Source of the DNA: a virus
Length of the DNA stretch: 64,000 nt
Strand: one strand, 5' to 3'
Virus record (IMG/VR): IMGVR_UViG_3300043409_001318
Span: 32,001-96,000 of that record
The notes beneath the pieces are model-generated. The model saw only the letters and a list, made by a program, of their open reading frames with translations, was not told the DNA's origin and did no database searches. This document shows, piece after piece, positions 52,353-61,270 of this stretch (position 1 is its first letter; every line of letters starts with the position of its first letter). The position numbers and the translations under genes are program-made.

Positions 52353-54362
52353 ATGGGTCTAAGCAGCATACCACACGTTTATGATGATAAAGAATTAAAG
52401 TATGAAGAAGTAGTAGAAATACTTACAAAAGCTGCTAATGGTAGAATTCAAGGAACTGAAAAAACAGATGGTCTTAATTTGTTTCTTGGTTATAAAGATG
52501 GTCAACCAAAAGCAGCAAGAAACTTTACTGAAATAAGCCAAGGTGGTTTAGATGCTGAAGCTTTTGCTGATAGAGAATTTAAAGCTGATGATCACATAAA
52601 AGAAATATTTAGAGCAGCTTTTAATGCTTTCTCTAATGTTGTTAAACACTTAAATCAAGAACAAATTAATATTTTGTTTGGAACTAATGGAAATACATTT
52701 TTAAATTGTGAGATTATCTCTGGTAAAACAAATGTTATTACATATGATACACAAGTTATATTAATTCATCGTTCTGGTCACAAAGAATTTAATACTGCAA
52801 CTGGGAAAGTTGAGTCAGTTAGAGAAGATAAACAAAAAGCAATTTCTATTATGATAAGTAACTTTAATGAAGTTATGCAGCAAATGTTAAACGGAACAGA
52901 ATTTAAAGTTCAGCAAGATAGATTAGAAAGACTACCAGCATTAGAAGACCAATCAACATTAGCCAATACAATTCAAAAACTAAAACAAGCTGGTTTTAAA
53001 GAAGGTATGACTATTAATGATTACCTCTTACGAAAGTCTCTTGCATATGTTAAAGAGAAACTACCATCCTTAAATAATGAAATAACAATAGAAGTAGCAA
53101 AGAAGATAGTTGGAACAAAAGGAGCAGATAGTATTACTGTTCTTAAAAGTTATGTTAATCAAAATCCTAAATTTGTTGAAGAATTACAAAATTTAGTAAA
53201 AAGAAAAGAAGAAATAGTTGATGAAATTACTTTTCCTATTGAAGATGCTATACATGATTTTACTGTAGAAATATTAAGTAAGTTAAATTCACAATTCGTT
53301 CAAGATAAAGAAAAGTCAACAGAAGTAATAAAACAAGAATTAGCAAAGAAAGTAAAAGAATTACAAAACTATAATGGACCAGATAGAGAAAAGGTACATA
53401 ATAAATTAAAGAAACAATTATTAAAGTTAAAACATATAGATAAGATATCAAGTCCAACTGAAGGATTTGTTTTTAATTATAATAGTAAGATGTATAAGTT
53501 TACTGGTAATTTTGCTCCAGTAAATCAAATAAGAAATATGAAGATTAACCAAGAAACAGATACTTCTGGTGCTTCAAGTATGAACTTTAATCTTAAAGAG
53601 AATAAATCTAAAATTGGTATATTTCCGGGTTCTTTTAGACCACCACATAAAGGTCATTTAGATCTTATTAAAAAAGCCTTACCAAATTACTCTAAAATAA
53701 TTATATTAGTCTCTCAACCAGAAAAGAATATGAGATCAGATATTTCAGCAGAACAATCAAAACAAATATTTGATGAATATACAAGAGGTCTTCCAGTAGA
53801 AACAAGAACTTGTGGTAAAAGTTCTCCATATGTAGAAGCTGCTGATATGATTAAAAGTGGAGAAGGTAATGTTGTGTTAACTTCCGACAAAGAACCAACA
53901 AAATTTGATAAGTTTAATTTTCCAAAAGAAGTTATACATGCAGAACATAATATTAGCGCAAGTCAAATGAGAAACATTATTGGATCTGAAAAAACAAGAG
54001 AAGAAAAGAAAGCAGAATTATTAGGATATTTACCAGAGAAAATTGATAGTGAAATAATCTTCAATGTGTTATTAAATCAAGAAGATCCTATTTCGTTACA
54101 AGAGATATTTTCAATGATAGAAAACTTACCAATAAAAGAAAATAATTCTTCTTCAAATACATTGAAAATGGAAGATATATTTGGTATATTAGATGAAATG
54201 TCTGGTGCTGCTGTTGGTTCCAGTATGTCTGCTGGTGCGGTTGAAGGGGCATCTATGCTTACGTCTAAACCACAAAGAAAAAAGAAAAAAACAAGAACTT
54301 ATACACTTGAAGAGATAATTAATATGTCTAACAATTATCTAAAGGAATCTAAAAATGATTAA
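52353..54362 (+). CDS. ligase-like nucleotidyltransferase domain fused to HxGH cytidyltransferase-like domain
   Basis: TEKTDG, EGFV, YKFTG.FAPVNQ; FPGSFRPPHKGH. Confidence 0.72.
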   Translation: MGLSSIPHVYDDKELKYEEVVEILTKAANGRIQGTEKTDGLNLFLGYKDGQPKAARNFTEISQGGLDAEAFADREFKADDHIKEIFRAAFNAFSNVVKHLNQEQINILFGTNGNTFLNCEIISGKTNVITYDTQVILIHRSGHKEFNTATGKVESVREDKQKAISIMISNFNEVMQQMLNGTEFKVQQDRLERLPALEDQSTLANTIQKLKQAGFKEGMTINDYLLRKSLAYVKEKLPSLNNEITIEVAKKIVGTKGADSITVLKSYVNQNPKFVEELQNLVKRKEEIVDEITFPIEDAIHDFTVEILSKLNSQFVQDKEKSTEVIKQELAKKVKELQNYNGPDREKVHNKLKKQLLKLKHIDKISSPTEGFVFNYNSKMYKFTGNFAPVNQIRNMKINQETDTSGASSMNFNLKENKSKIGIFPGSFRPPHKGHLDLIKKALPNYSKIIILVSQPEKNMRSDISAEQSKQIFDEYTRGLPVETRTCGKSSPYVEAADMIKSGEGNVVLTSDKEPTKFDKFNFPKEVIHAEHNISASQMRNIIGSEKTREEKKAELLGYLPEKIDSEIIFNVLLNQEDPISLQEIFSMIENLPIKENNSSSNTLKMEDIFGILDEMSGAAVGSSMSAGAVEGASMLTSKPQRKKKKTRTYTLEEIINMSNNYLKESKND

Positions 54363-55107
54363 CGAGAAAGAAGCAGTAAGATTGTATATTAGAAAAGCAA
54401 TACAATTATATAAAGAAAGCAAAAAACAACAAGAAATTTTAGAAGAAACAAAATTAAGACAACTTGTTCGTGGTCTTATCTTAAGAGAAGTAGCAGAGGA
54501 CCAACCAAAGCACGCTTCAACTGGTATTAACGTTCTTGAAGATCTATTAAAAAAAATTATTCCAGTTCTTCAAGCAGACTTCAAAATGATTACAACCTCC
54601 GAACAACAAAGAAAATCATTTAGAGCACATTTAGTTAATGCTATTCAAAATTCATTATCACCAGAATTAATGTATGTTCTTTCCGACAAAGAAAAAGAAC
54701 AACTTAAAGAAGCAGCAACAATTAAGGTAGATGATCCAGATATGGAAAAATTTATTGATATTGAAGAACCAGTAGACGAACCAGAAGAAGAAGTTTCACC
54801 AGAAGAACAATTTTCAAAAGGACTTGAAGATCAAAACTTAGATACAACTGGTAGAAATATGGCTATGGATACTTTTAACAAGGTTGAAAAAGGTATTCTA
54901 AGTGCTTATGAACTTCTTGACGACGCAAAAGATAGAGAGTTGTTCTACGATTATCTTATTACAAATATGAAATTATACTTTGATAAATTTGAAGAAGAAA
55001 TGAACCCATCTGGTATTACTGAACCAACCACACCAGAATACGAAGCAGAGAAAGATCGTAAAGAAGCAGAAGATACAGGAACAGCACAAACTCCAGAAGG
55101 TCTTTGA
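54355..55107 (+). CDS. probable virion protein
   Basis: EETKLRQLVRGLILRE leader; TGINVLEDLLKKI. Confidence 0.75.
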   Translation: MINEKEAVRLYIRKAIQLYKESKKQQEILEETKLRQLVRGLILREVAEDQPKHASTGINVLEDLLKKIIPVLQADFKMITTSEQQRKSFRAHLVNAIQNSLSPELMYVLSDKEKEQLKEAATIKVDDPDMEKFIDIEEPVDEPEEEVSPEEQFSKGLEDQNLDTTGRNMAMDTFNKVEKGILSAYELLDDAKDRELFYDYLITNMKLYFDKFEEEMNPSGITEPTTPEYEAEKDRKEAEDTGTAQTPEGL

Positions 55108-55496
55108 TGCATTGGAAGAGAAAAAGTAAACAAAATTTAAATGGCGTTTATTCAAAACATTCTCTTTCAAAAAAGTTAAAAGAAGAAGGTAAGTCGTCCG
55201 ATGAATTTGAAGTATGGGTTGGACGGCTTACCATTGAAGAGTTAATAGCACTTAAGCTTGAAGTTTCAGCCAGAATATTAGGTGGTAAACTTTATGGTTT
55301 TAATTTATGGTCTGCTATGCCTAAAATCGCTAAGGACGCAGCATTAATGTTTGCTATTTCTTCTTCTAATACAATTGAAGAAGCAGCAACACTTTTAAAC
55401 ATGCATACTCTTCGTTATTTAAGCATTCTTGATATTTACAAAACCGATAAATATTTTGGTATTGTTAAAAGAAGCTTGACGAGCAAAAAAGAATAG
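55104..55496 (+). CDS. hypothetical protein
   Basis: ATGA-type overlap. Confidence 0.75.
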   Translation: MMHWKRKSKQNLNGVYSKHSLSKKLKEEGKSSDEFEVWVGRLTIEELIALKLEVSARILGGKLYGFNLWSAMPKIAKDAALMFAISSSNTIEEAATLLNMHTLRYLSILDIYKTDKYFGIVKRSLTSKKE

Positions 55497-55525
55497 ATTA
55501 CATTACTTCCATCGTTGGAGGTCGT

Positions 55526-55690
55526 ATGGCTAGTCAATTAGATAAAACAAAATACAAAAATAAGATTGCCGAAGTTGAAGCAGAAGCTCAATTAGAAGAT
55601 CTTGATTATCTTGAAGAAAAGAAAAAACGACTTAATAGAAAAGAACTTTACATGAAGGAAGGAAAAGATGAGTCACAAAGCACCACATAG
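55526..55690 (+). CDS. 54-aa hypothetical protein (not in track)
   Basis: GGAGG RBS. Confidence 0.6.
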   Translation: MASQLDKTKYKNKIAEVEAEAQLEDLDYLEEKKKRLNRKELYMKEGKDESQSTT

Positions 55691-55751
55691 TCATGGTAGA
55701 CGTAGACGTAAGTTGGGTTCAAAAAAGCGTAGAGCAAGACGTAATAAATAA
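55668..55751 (+). CDS. 27-aa very basic peptide
   Basis: MSHKAPHSHGRRRRKLGSKKRRARRNK; AAGGA RBS. Confidence 0.55.
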   Translation: MSHKAPHSHGRRRRKLGSKKRRARRNK

Positions 55752-55784
55752 CAATAACTTTACCTCTATTTATTATATGGAGGT

Positions 55785-56000
55785 ATGATAATGATTTTTG
55801 AAATTGAATTATTAAGAGTTGGAAGTAAAATATTATACAATGCTTATAAAAAAGATAGGCTTGGTGTAGAATATGCTTGTGCTGCTGATTTACAAAGTGA
55901 AGAAGCAGCAGTAAATATAATAAGAAATAAATGGAAGCATAATGGTCCTATAAGAGTAATTGGACCAGATAACGAAATTAAAACAATAGGTGGTTTATAA
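55785..56000 (+). CDS. hypothetical protein
   Basis: GGAGG RBS; CTATTTA upstream. Confidence 0.65.
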   Translation: MIMIFEIELLRVGSKILYNAYKKDRLGVEYACAADLQSEEAAVNIIRNKWKHNGPIRVIGPDNEIKTIGGL

Positions 56001-56449
56001 TGAGTGATGCTTATTCAACTGTTTGTGTGTCTGGTGGGTTTGATCCAATTCATAAGGGTCATATTCGTATGATACGAGAAGCAGCACAATTTGGTGATGT
56101 TATCATAATTGCTAATTCAGACGAATGGATACTTAGAAAGAAAGGTAAATTTTTTATGACTTGGGAAGAAAGAGCAGAAATTTTAGAATCAATTAAAGGT
56201 GTAATTAAAGTAGTAAAAGCTAAAGATGATGATGGAACGGTTTGTGAAAGTTTAAGAGAATTAAAGCCCACTTATTTTGCTAATGGTGGAGATCGTAAAG
56301 ATTATAATACGCCAGAAGCAGAAGTTTGTAAAGAATTAGGAATTACCTTGCTTTGGGGAGTTGGTGGAGGAAAAATCCAATCTTCTTCTTGGTTACTTGC
56401 AGAAGCAGCAAAGGATGTTAATGTATTGGCTGATAGACAAACTATTTGA
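56000..56449 (+). CDS. cytidylyltransferase-like (RfaE/TagD-type HxGH) protein
   Basis: VSGGFDPIHKGH, ANSDEW..RKKG, FANGGDR, KIQSSS. Confidence 0.92.
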   Translation: MSDAYSTVCVSGGFDPIHKGHIRMIREAAQFGDVIIIANSDEWILRKKGKFFMTWEERAEILESIKGVIKVVKAKDDDGTVCESLRELKPTYFANGGDRKDYNTPEAEVCKELGITLLWGVGGGKIQSSSWLLAEAAKDVNVLADRQTI

Positions 56450-56456
56450 GTTGTTC

Positions 56457-56561
56457 ATGACGATTATTCTTGATGATCGATACTTTTATGGTTTTCTATC
56501 TATTTATACAATCCTATTAACAGGATTAATTATATTATATTTTAATAAAATGGAGAAATAA
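56457..56561 (+). CDS. small membrane protein
   Basis: Hydrophobic 34-aa ORF. Confidence 0.45.
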   Translation: MTIILDDRYFYGFLSIYTILLTGLIILYFNKMEK

Positions 56562-56562
56562 A

Positions 56563-56637
56563 ATGCTTAGTGTTATTATGCTTTTCCTTTTCGGTTGTAC
56601 CGGAAAGAGTGACGACAGTTCCGATACTGCCGCTTGA
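56563..56637 (+). CDS. 24-aa putative micro-lipoprotein
   Basis: MLSVIMLFLFGC-TGKSDDSSDTAA; GGAG RBS. Confidence 0.5.
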   Translation: MLSVIMLFLFGCTGKSDDSSDTAA

Positions 56638-56665
56638 TTAAATAAAACAAAAGGAAATAAATAAA

Positions 56666-56863
56666 ATGATTTCAGTATTACTTTCAGCCCTTATAGCTTG
56701 CTCACCAGCAGAAACACCTGTTCAAGAAGTTCCAGCAACAACACCAGTTGTCGTAGAAGCTGCCCCAGCATTACCAGTTGTTGTAGAGACTATCGAAGTT
56801 AAGCAAGCAGAAACAACCGCTCCTGCTGCCACTACAACACCAGCAACTACTACTGGCGTATAA
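56666..56863 (+). CDS. putative lipoprotein, Pro/Thr/Ala-rich
   Basis: MISVLLSALIAC lipobox-like signal. Confidence 0.65.
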   Translation: MISVLLSALIACSPAETPVQEVPATTPVVVEAAPALPVVVETIEVKQAETTAPAATTTPATTTGV

Positions 56864-56877
56864 GCAACAACCACATT

Positions 56878-56947
56878 AAACTATCTTCGTCGCTAAGGTT
56901 CCCATCCTTACAATCTGTGAAAGTCAGATCGAGAAGATAGTTTTTTT
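56878..56947 (+). ncRNA. three-way-junction RNA element followed by a U tract
   Basis: P1 56878-88/56933-43 (+3 bp), P2 TAAGG/CCTTA, P3 ATCTG/CAGAT. Confidence 0.55.
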
Positions 56948-56962
56948 ATTTGGAGTAAATAA

Positions 56963-57499
56963 ATGCGTAAGACCCGTCGTGATCGTTATAACGAAAAGAT
57001 TTCTAATGGAGAAGTAAAGCATTATCCTTTCTCTCTTTGTTCGGTTAATTTTCAATGTGATGAAAATATTGCTTATCTTGTAAGAACAGCGGCTTGTTTT
57101 GGTCTTCGCGATATTCATGTTATTGGATCAATTCCAAATTATGAAGATATGCGCCGAAAGTCTGGAACTCTTCATGATTATGTGAATATCCATCAATATT
57201 CTACGCCTTCACAATTTATGGAATATGCCCGCAGAACAGGTATGAATGTAATATCTGTTGAACTTACTGATGGGGCTATTAATCTTCACGATCTAAACAT
57301 TCCAAAGATTATAGAAGAAACCAATAATATTTGTTTTGTTGTTGGAAACGAAACAAGTGGAGTTCCAGCAGAAATTCTACATACAACAGATAGTGTTTAT
57401 ATTCCTATGCCGGGAGCGGGTTTCTGTCTAAATACTAGTCAAGCGGCTAATATTGTAATTTATGAAGCAATCAAGCAGATGGAGCAGCAAAACGATTAA
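56963..57499 (+). CDS. SpoU/TrmH-family RNA 2'-O-methyltransferase
   Basis: NIAYLVRTAACFG, VGNETSGV, VYIPM..CLNTSQA. Confidence 0.9.
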   Translation: MRKTRRDRYNEKISNGEVKHYPFSLCSVNFQCDENIAYLVRTAACFGLRDIHVIGSIPNYEDMRRKSGTLHDYVNIHQYSTPSQFMEYARRTGMNVISVELTDGAINLHDLNIPKIIEETNNICFVVGNETSGVPAEILHTTDSVYIPMPGAGFCLNTSQAANIVIYEAIKQMEQQND

Positions 57500-57554
57500 C
57501 TTGACCTCTGGGTAAAAAGATACTATTTATTAGACTGACTAAGGAGGTCACAAA

Positions 57555-58061
57555 ATGTTATTATACTTACTTCTCGCTTGTAGGGAACAAGAACCAATCA
57601 ATATAGAGATTTGTGAAGAGCAAATTTCTGTAACAGATATGGCTAATGGTTTAACAGACAAACAAAAAGAAGTTTCTTACATTATTGAGGAACAATTTGG
57701 TGAAATGAATATTCCACCAAATATTACAGCAGCAGCAATCGTAAACGCTATTGCTGAAAGTAGACTAAACGCAAATGCTATTGGAGACGGTGGTAAAGCA
57801 GTAGGAGCTTTTCAACTACATAAAAGTGGTCTTGGTAATAATTTATCTGTAAAAGAAAGAACAAATGTTTATACAAGCGCAAATGTTATAGGAATTCAAA
57901 TTCTTAAAAATAATAATCTGTATGAATTAGAAAATAATAACGCATTTATACCAGAGATTACAAAAACAATCACAGAAGATATAATGCGACCAGATAAGTT
58001 AGAACAACAAAAAGAAAAACGAAGTAATTTAGCAAAAAAAATATTCCCTAACAGAATATAA
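57555..58061 (+). CDS. lysozyme-like (phage tail lysozyme-type) protein with lipoprotein-like signal
   Basis: AAIVNAIAESRLN..AIGDGG.A.GAFQL; MLLYLLLAC. Confidence 0.72.
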   Translation: MLLYLLLACREQEPINIEICEEQISVTDMANGLTDKQKEVSYIIEEQFGEMNIPPNITAAAIVNAIAESRLNANAIGDGGKAVGAFQLHKSGLGNNLSVKERTNVYTSANVIGIQILKNNNLYELENNNAFIPEITKTITEDIMRPDKLEQQKEKRSNLAKKIFPNRI

Positions 58062-58066
58062 AACAT

Positions 58067-58100
58067 AAACCTCCAAGGATTAAAACACTTGGAGGTTTTT
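58067..58100 (+). terminator. intrinsic terminator
   Basis: AAACCTCCAAG/CTTGGAGGTTT stem. Confidence 0.85.
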
Positions 58101-58103
58101 AAT

Positions 58104-58137
58104 TTGACAACTTACAAAAAGGGTCTTATACTATTTA
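58104..58137 (+). promoter_or_regulatory. overlapping sigma70-like and late promoters
   Basis: TTGACA-17-TATACT overlapping ACTATTTA. Confidence 0.65.
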
Positions 58138-58158
58138 TATTAGTTCAACAGGAATTAA

Positions 58159-59472
58159 ATGGCTAAAAAAACTTACGTTCTAGATACAAGTGCTTTAATT
58201 ACAGATACCGAATGTGTAAATTCATATGGTAATAATGATATTCTTATTCCAATTAAAGTATTGGAAGAATTAGATAAACACAAAAAGCGTCAAGATTTAG
58301 TAGGAGCAAGTGCAAGAACCGTTATTCGTTTTCTTGACTCACTTCGTTCAAGTGGCTCTTTGTACGAAGGAGTAAAGTTAGGTAAAGGAAAGGGTGTTTT
58401 AAGAGTAAAGGGATATTCAACAACAATGGACTTCCCACCAGAGTTAGATTTATCTGTTGCAGATCATCAAATCTTAGCAGTTGCTTTAAGTGAGAAAACA
58501 GAAACTAAAAAAGTAATTGTTGTATCAAATGATATCAACATGAGAGTTGTTTGTGATTCAATTGGGATGGAATCCGAAGATTGCAACCCAGAAAAAGTTG
58601 TAGAATCAACTTCCAGCTTGTTTCACGGATTTACAGATGTTTTGGTAGATGATGAATTTATTGACAGGTTCTACGCTAATGAAAGCCTTGAACTTCCAGA
58701 AAAAAAGGATAAACTTTTTCCAAATCAATATCTAATGCTTACTTCTTCTTCTAACAACAAGAAAACAGCCTTAGCAAAATTTGTTGGACCAAATCAACCA
58801 TTAGCAAGACTAACAAACCTTGGTAAAAAAGGTGTATTCAATATTAAACCAAAAAATAAAGAACAAAATTTTGCTCTTGATTTATTAATGAACCCAGATA
58901 TTCCACTTGTTTCAATTGTAGGTAAAGCGGGTTGTGGTAAAACCATGCTTGCTATCGCTGCTGGATTGGAACAAACAATTGGATTAGATAGTAAATATAC
59001 TCGTTTAATTGTTTCTCGACCAGTTCAACCATTAGGTAAAGATATTGGTTTCTTGCCCGGAACCTTAGAAGAAAAAATGGCTCCTTGGCTTCGTCCAATT
59101 CAAGACAACTTACAATTCTTAATGGGCAACGATAAAGTAACACTTGAAATGTATATGCAGAAAGGTGTTATTGAAGTTGAAGCAATTACATATATTCGTG
59201 GTCGTTCAATAGCCAACGCCTATATCATTATAGACGAGGCACAGAACTTATCCATGCATGAGATTAAAACTATCATTACTCGCGCTGGTGAAGGCTCCAA
59301 GGTGGTTCTAACAGGCGACATAGAACAGATAGACAACGTATATGTAGATGAATTAACAAATGGTTTAACAATCGCCGCAGAGAAATTTAAAAACTCTAAT
59401 TTGGCAGGGCATGTAACACTATTAAGTGGTGAAAGATCTGCTTTGGCTTCATTAGCATCGAAAATATTATAA
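58159..59472 (+). CDS. phoH: PhoH-like ATPase with N-terminal PIN domain (PhoH2/YlaK type)
   Basis: YVLDTS, EELDKHK, GKAGCGKT, IIDEAQN, GDIEQID. Confidence 0.93.
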   Translation: MAKKTYVLDTSALITDTECVNSYGNNDILIPIKVLEELDKHKKRQDLVGASARTVIRFLDSLRSSGSLYEGVKLGKGKGVLRVKGYSTTMDFPPELDLSVADHQILAVALSEKTETKKVIVVSNDINMRVVCDSIGMESEDCNPEKVVESTSSLFHGFTDVLVDDEFIDRFYANESLELPEKKDKLFPNQYLMLTSSSNNKKTALAKFVGPNQPLARLTNLGKKGVFNIKPKNKEQNFALDLLMNPDIPLVSIVGKAGCGKTMLAIAAGLEQTIGLDSKYTRLIVSRPVQPLGKDIGFLPGTLEEKMAPWLRPIQDNLQFLMGNDKVTLEMYMQKGVIEVEAITYIRGRSIANAYIIIDEAQNLSMHEIKTIITRAGEGSKVVLTGDIEQIDNVYVDELTNGLTIAAEKFKNSNLAGHVTLLSGERSALASLASKIL

Positions 59473-59481
59473 GAGGATAAA

Positions 59482-59736
59482 ATGGAAGAACAAAATACAG
59501 AAGTAGTGGCTGATAATCCTATGAAATCTTGGCTTGTAGATTATGTAGGTCAAAACTATAAGCCAGAGAATGGAGAAGTCACGGTAGAACTGATCGTAGA
59601 AGCTTTAGCACAAGAATTCCCAGACTTTGTATTGGTGTTAGCACAAGAAAACTTTATTAGAGGATATCAACAGGCTTTATATGATGTTGATTATGGTGAA
59701 TTAAGAAAAAATGAAGAACAACCAGAACCTGTTTAA
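59482..59736 (+). CDS. hypothetical protein
   Basis: GAGG RBS. Confidence 0.72.
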   Translation: MEEQNTEVVADNPMKSWLVDYVGQNYKPENGEVTVELIVEALAQEFPDFVLVLAQENFIRGYQQALYDVDYGELRKNEEQPEPV

Positions 59737-60439
59737 TTATATGAAGAAATCTTCGACTAATTCCAAGAAAAATCATAAAGAAAGAATATTTCTTGATGGT
59801 ATAAAAGTTTTAATCAAAGATCCCTTTACTACTAACGAAATAGATTTAGATAAAGTATTGAATAAAGTTAAAAATTCAATACCTCATTTTTTGTTCCAAA
59901 ATGTAGAAGCCATCTATATAGGTCAATTTAAAGAACTTAAAGAAAGAGATTTAAATGCTGCTTATATGGATGGTGCTTTATACATAACTAATGAACAAAA
60001 AAATGAAGTAAATATGTTAGAAGACATAATTCACGAAATAGCACATTCAATAGAAGAATTAGCAAGTTTTGATATGTATACTGACAATAAACTTAATAGA
60101 GAGTTAGAAGTAAAAAGAGCAAAGTTAAAACAAATTTTAAAAGACAATAAATTTGATGTTAGTAAACAAGAATTCTTAAATATTGAATATAGCAAGAAAT
60201 TTGATATCTATTTGTATGAAGAAATAGGATATCCAGTGTTAAACACACTTACGGTTGGATTATTTTGTTCTCCTTATGGTGCAACATCAATAAGAGAATA
60301 CTTTGCTAATGGATTTGAGTTTTTCTTTTTGAAAGATAGAGAAATAGTAAAACAAATATCCCCTCAATTATATAAGAAATTAATAGAAATTGAAAGAGGA
60401 GAGTTTTTCAATGAGTCAACAGAGGATTTATCCTATTGA
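59711..60439 (+). CDS. HExxH zinc metallopeptidase-like protein
   Basis: IIHEIAHS..; SPYGATSIREYFANGFE. Confidence 0.72.
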   Translation: MKNNQNLFNYMKKSSTNSKKNHKERIFLDGIKVLIKDPFTTNEIDLDKVLNKVKNSIPHFLFQNVEAIYIGQFKELKERDLNAAYMDGALYITNEQKNEVNMLEDIIHEIAHSIEELASFDMYTDNKLNRELEVKRAKLKQILKDNKFDVSKQEFLNIEYSKKFDIYLYEEIGYPVLNTLTVGLFCSPYGATSIREYFANGFEFFFLKDREIVKQISPQLYKKLIEIERGEFFNESTEDLSY

Positions 60440-60489
60440 CCTATTGGCTTCTTGTTGTTATGATGGTGACATAGAAAAAAGGGCATATC

Positions 60490-61263
60490 TTGTCACACAT
60501 CTCATTCTCTGAGCTTAAAATTTGGAATAGTTGTCCGTATAAACATAAACTACAATACATTGATAAGAACAAAGTATTCACATCAACAGAATATACTTGT
60601 TTTGGTATTGCTATCCATGAAACTTGTGAGAAATCACTACTTAAAGTAATCAAGGAGGAGCAACATAGTGAATACTTTGAAGCAAAATTCAAGGAAGAAC
60701 TCAAAATCCTTGATGGTAAAACTCAAAATAACCAAGATCTTATTGATGATATGGTGGAGCAGGGTAAAGCAATCCTCTCTGAACTTTATAGAAGCCTTGA
60801 TAGTTACTTGGAAGGGTACGAAGTAGTAGCAACAGAACAACCTCTCTTTGAGCGTATCCAAAACCTTGACTTTGAGTATGACTTCAAGGGTTTCATCGAT
60901 CTTGTTCTTAAAACACCAGATGGTAAGTATCATATTATTGATTGGAAGTCTTGTTCATGGGGTTGGGGTGTTGATAAACGCTCTGACCCCATGATTAATT
61001 ACCAACTAACATATTACAAGATGTTTTATGCTCAAAAGTTTAATATTGATCCTAAAATGATTGAAACTCACTTTGCTCTTCTTAAAAGAACAGCCAAAAA
61101 AGAACGTGTTGAGTTCTTCCGCGTAACAAGTGGAACAAAAAAGATAGAAAACGCAAATTTACTATTGACAAAGGCAATTAAGGCGATTAAAAGTAATAAG
61201 TATATTAAAAATCGTTTATCTTGTAATGGATGCGAGTTTTATAAAACAGAATTATGCAAGTGA
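60490..61263 (+). CDS. PD-(D/E)XK (RecB/Cas4-like) exonuclease
   Basis: SFSE..CP; FKGFIDLV..IIDWKS; QL..Y; terminal CxxC..C. Confidence 0.9.
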   Translation: MSHISFSELKIWNSCPYKHKLQYIDKNKVFTSTEYTCFGIAIHETCEKSLLKVIKEEQHSEYFEAKFKEELKILDGKTQNNQDLIDDMVEQGKAILSELYRSLDSYLEGYEVVATEQPLFERIQNLDFEYDFKGFIDLVLKTPDGKYHIIDWKSCSWGWGVDKRSDPMINYQLTYYKMFYAQKFNIDPKMIETHFALLKRTAKKERVEFFRVTSGTKKIENANLLLTKAIKAIKSNKYIKNRLSCNGCEFYKTELCK

Positions 61264-61270
61264 GTAATAA

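Noticed and set aside
60490-61263. Cas4 as evidence of a CRISPR-Cas system
   Set aside because: Stand-alone RecB-like nucleases are common in phages; there are no other cas genes or array.
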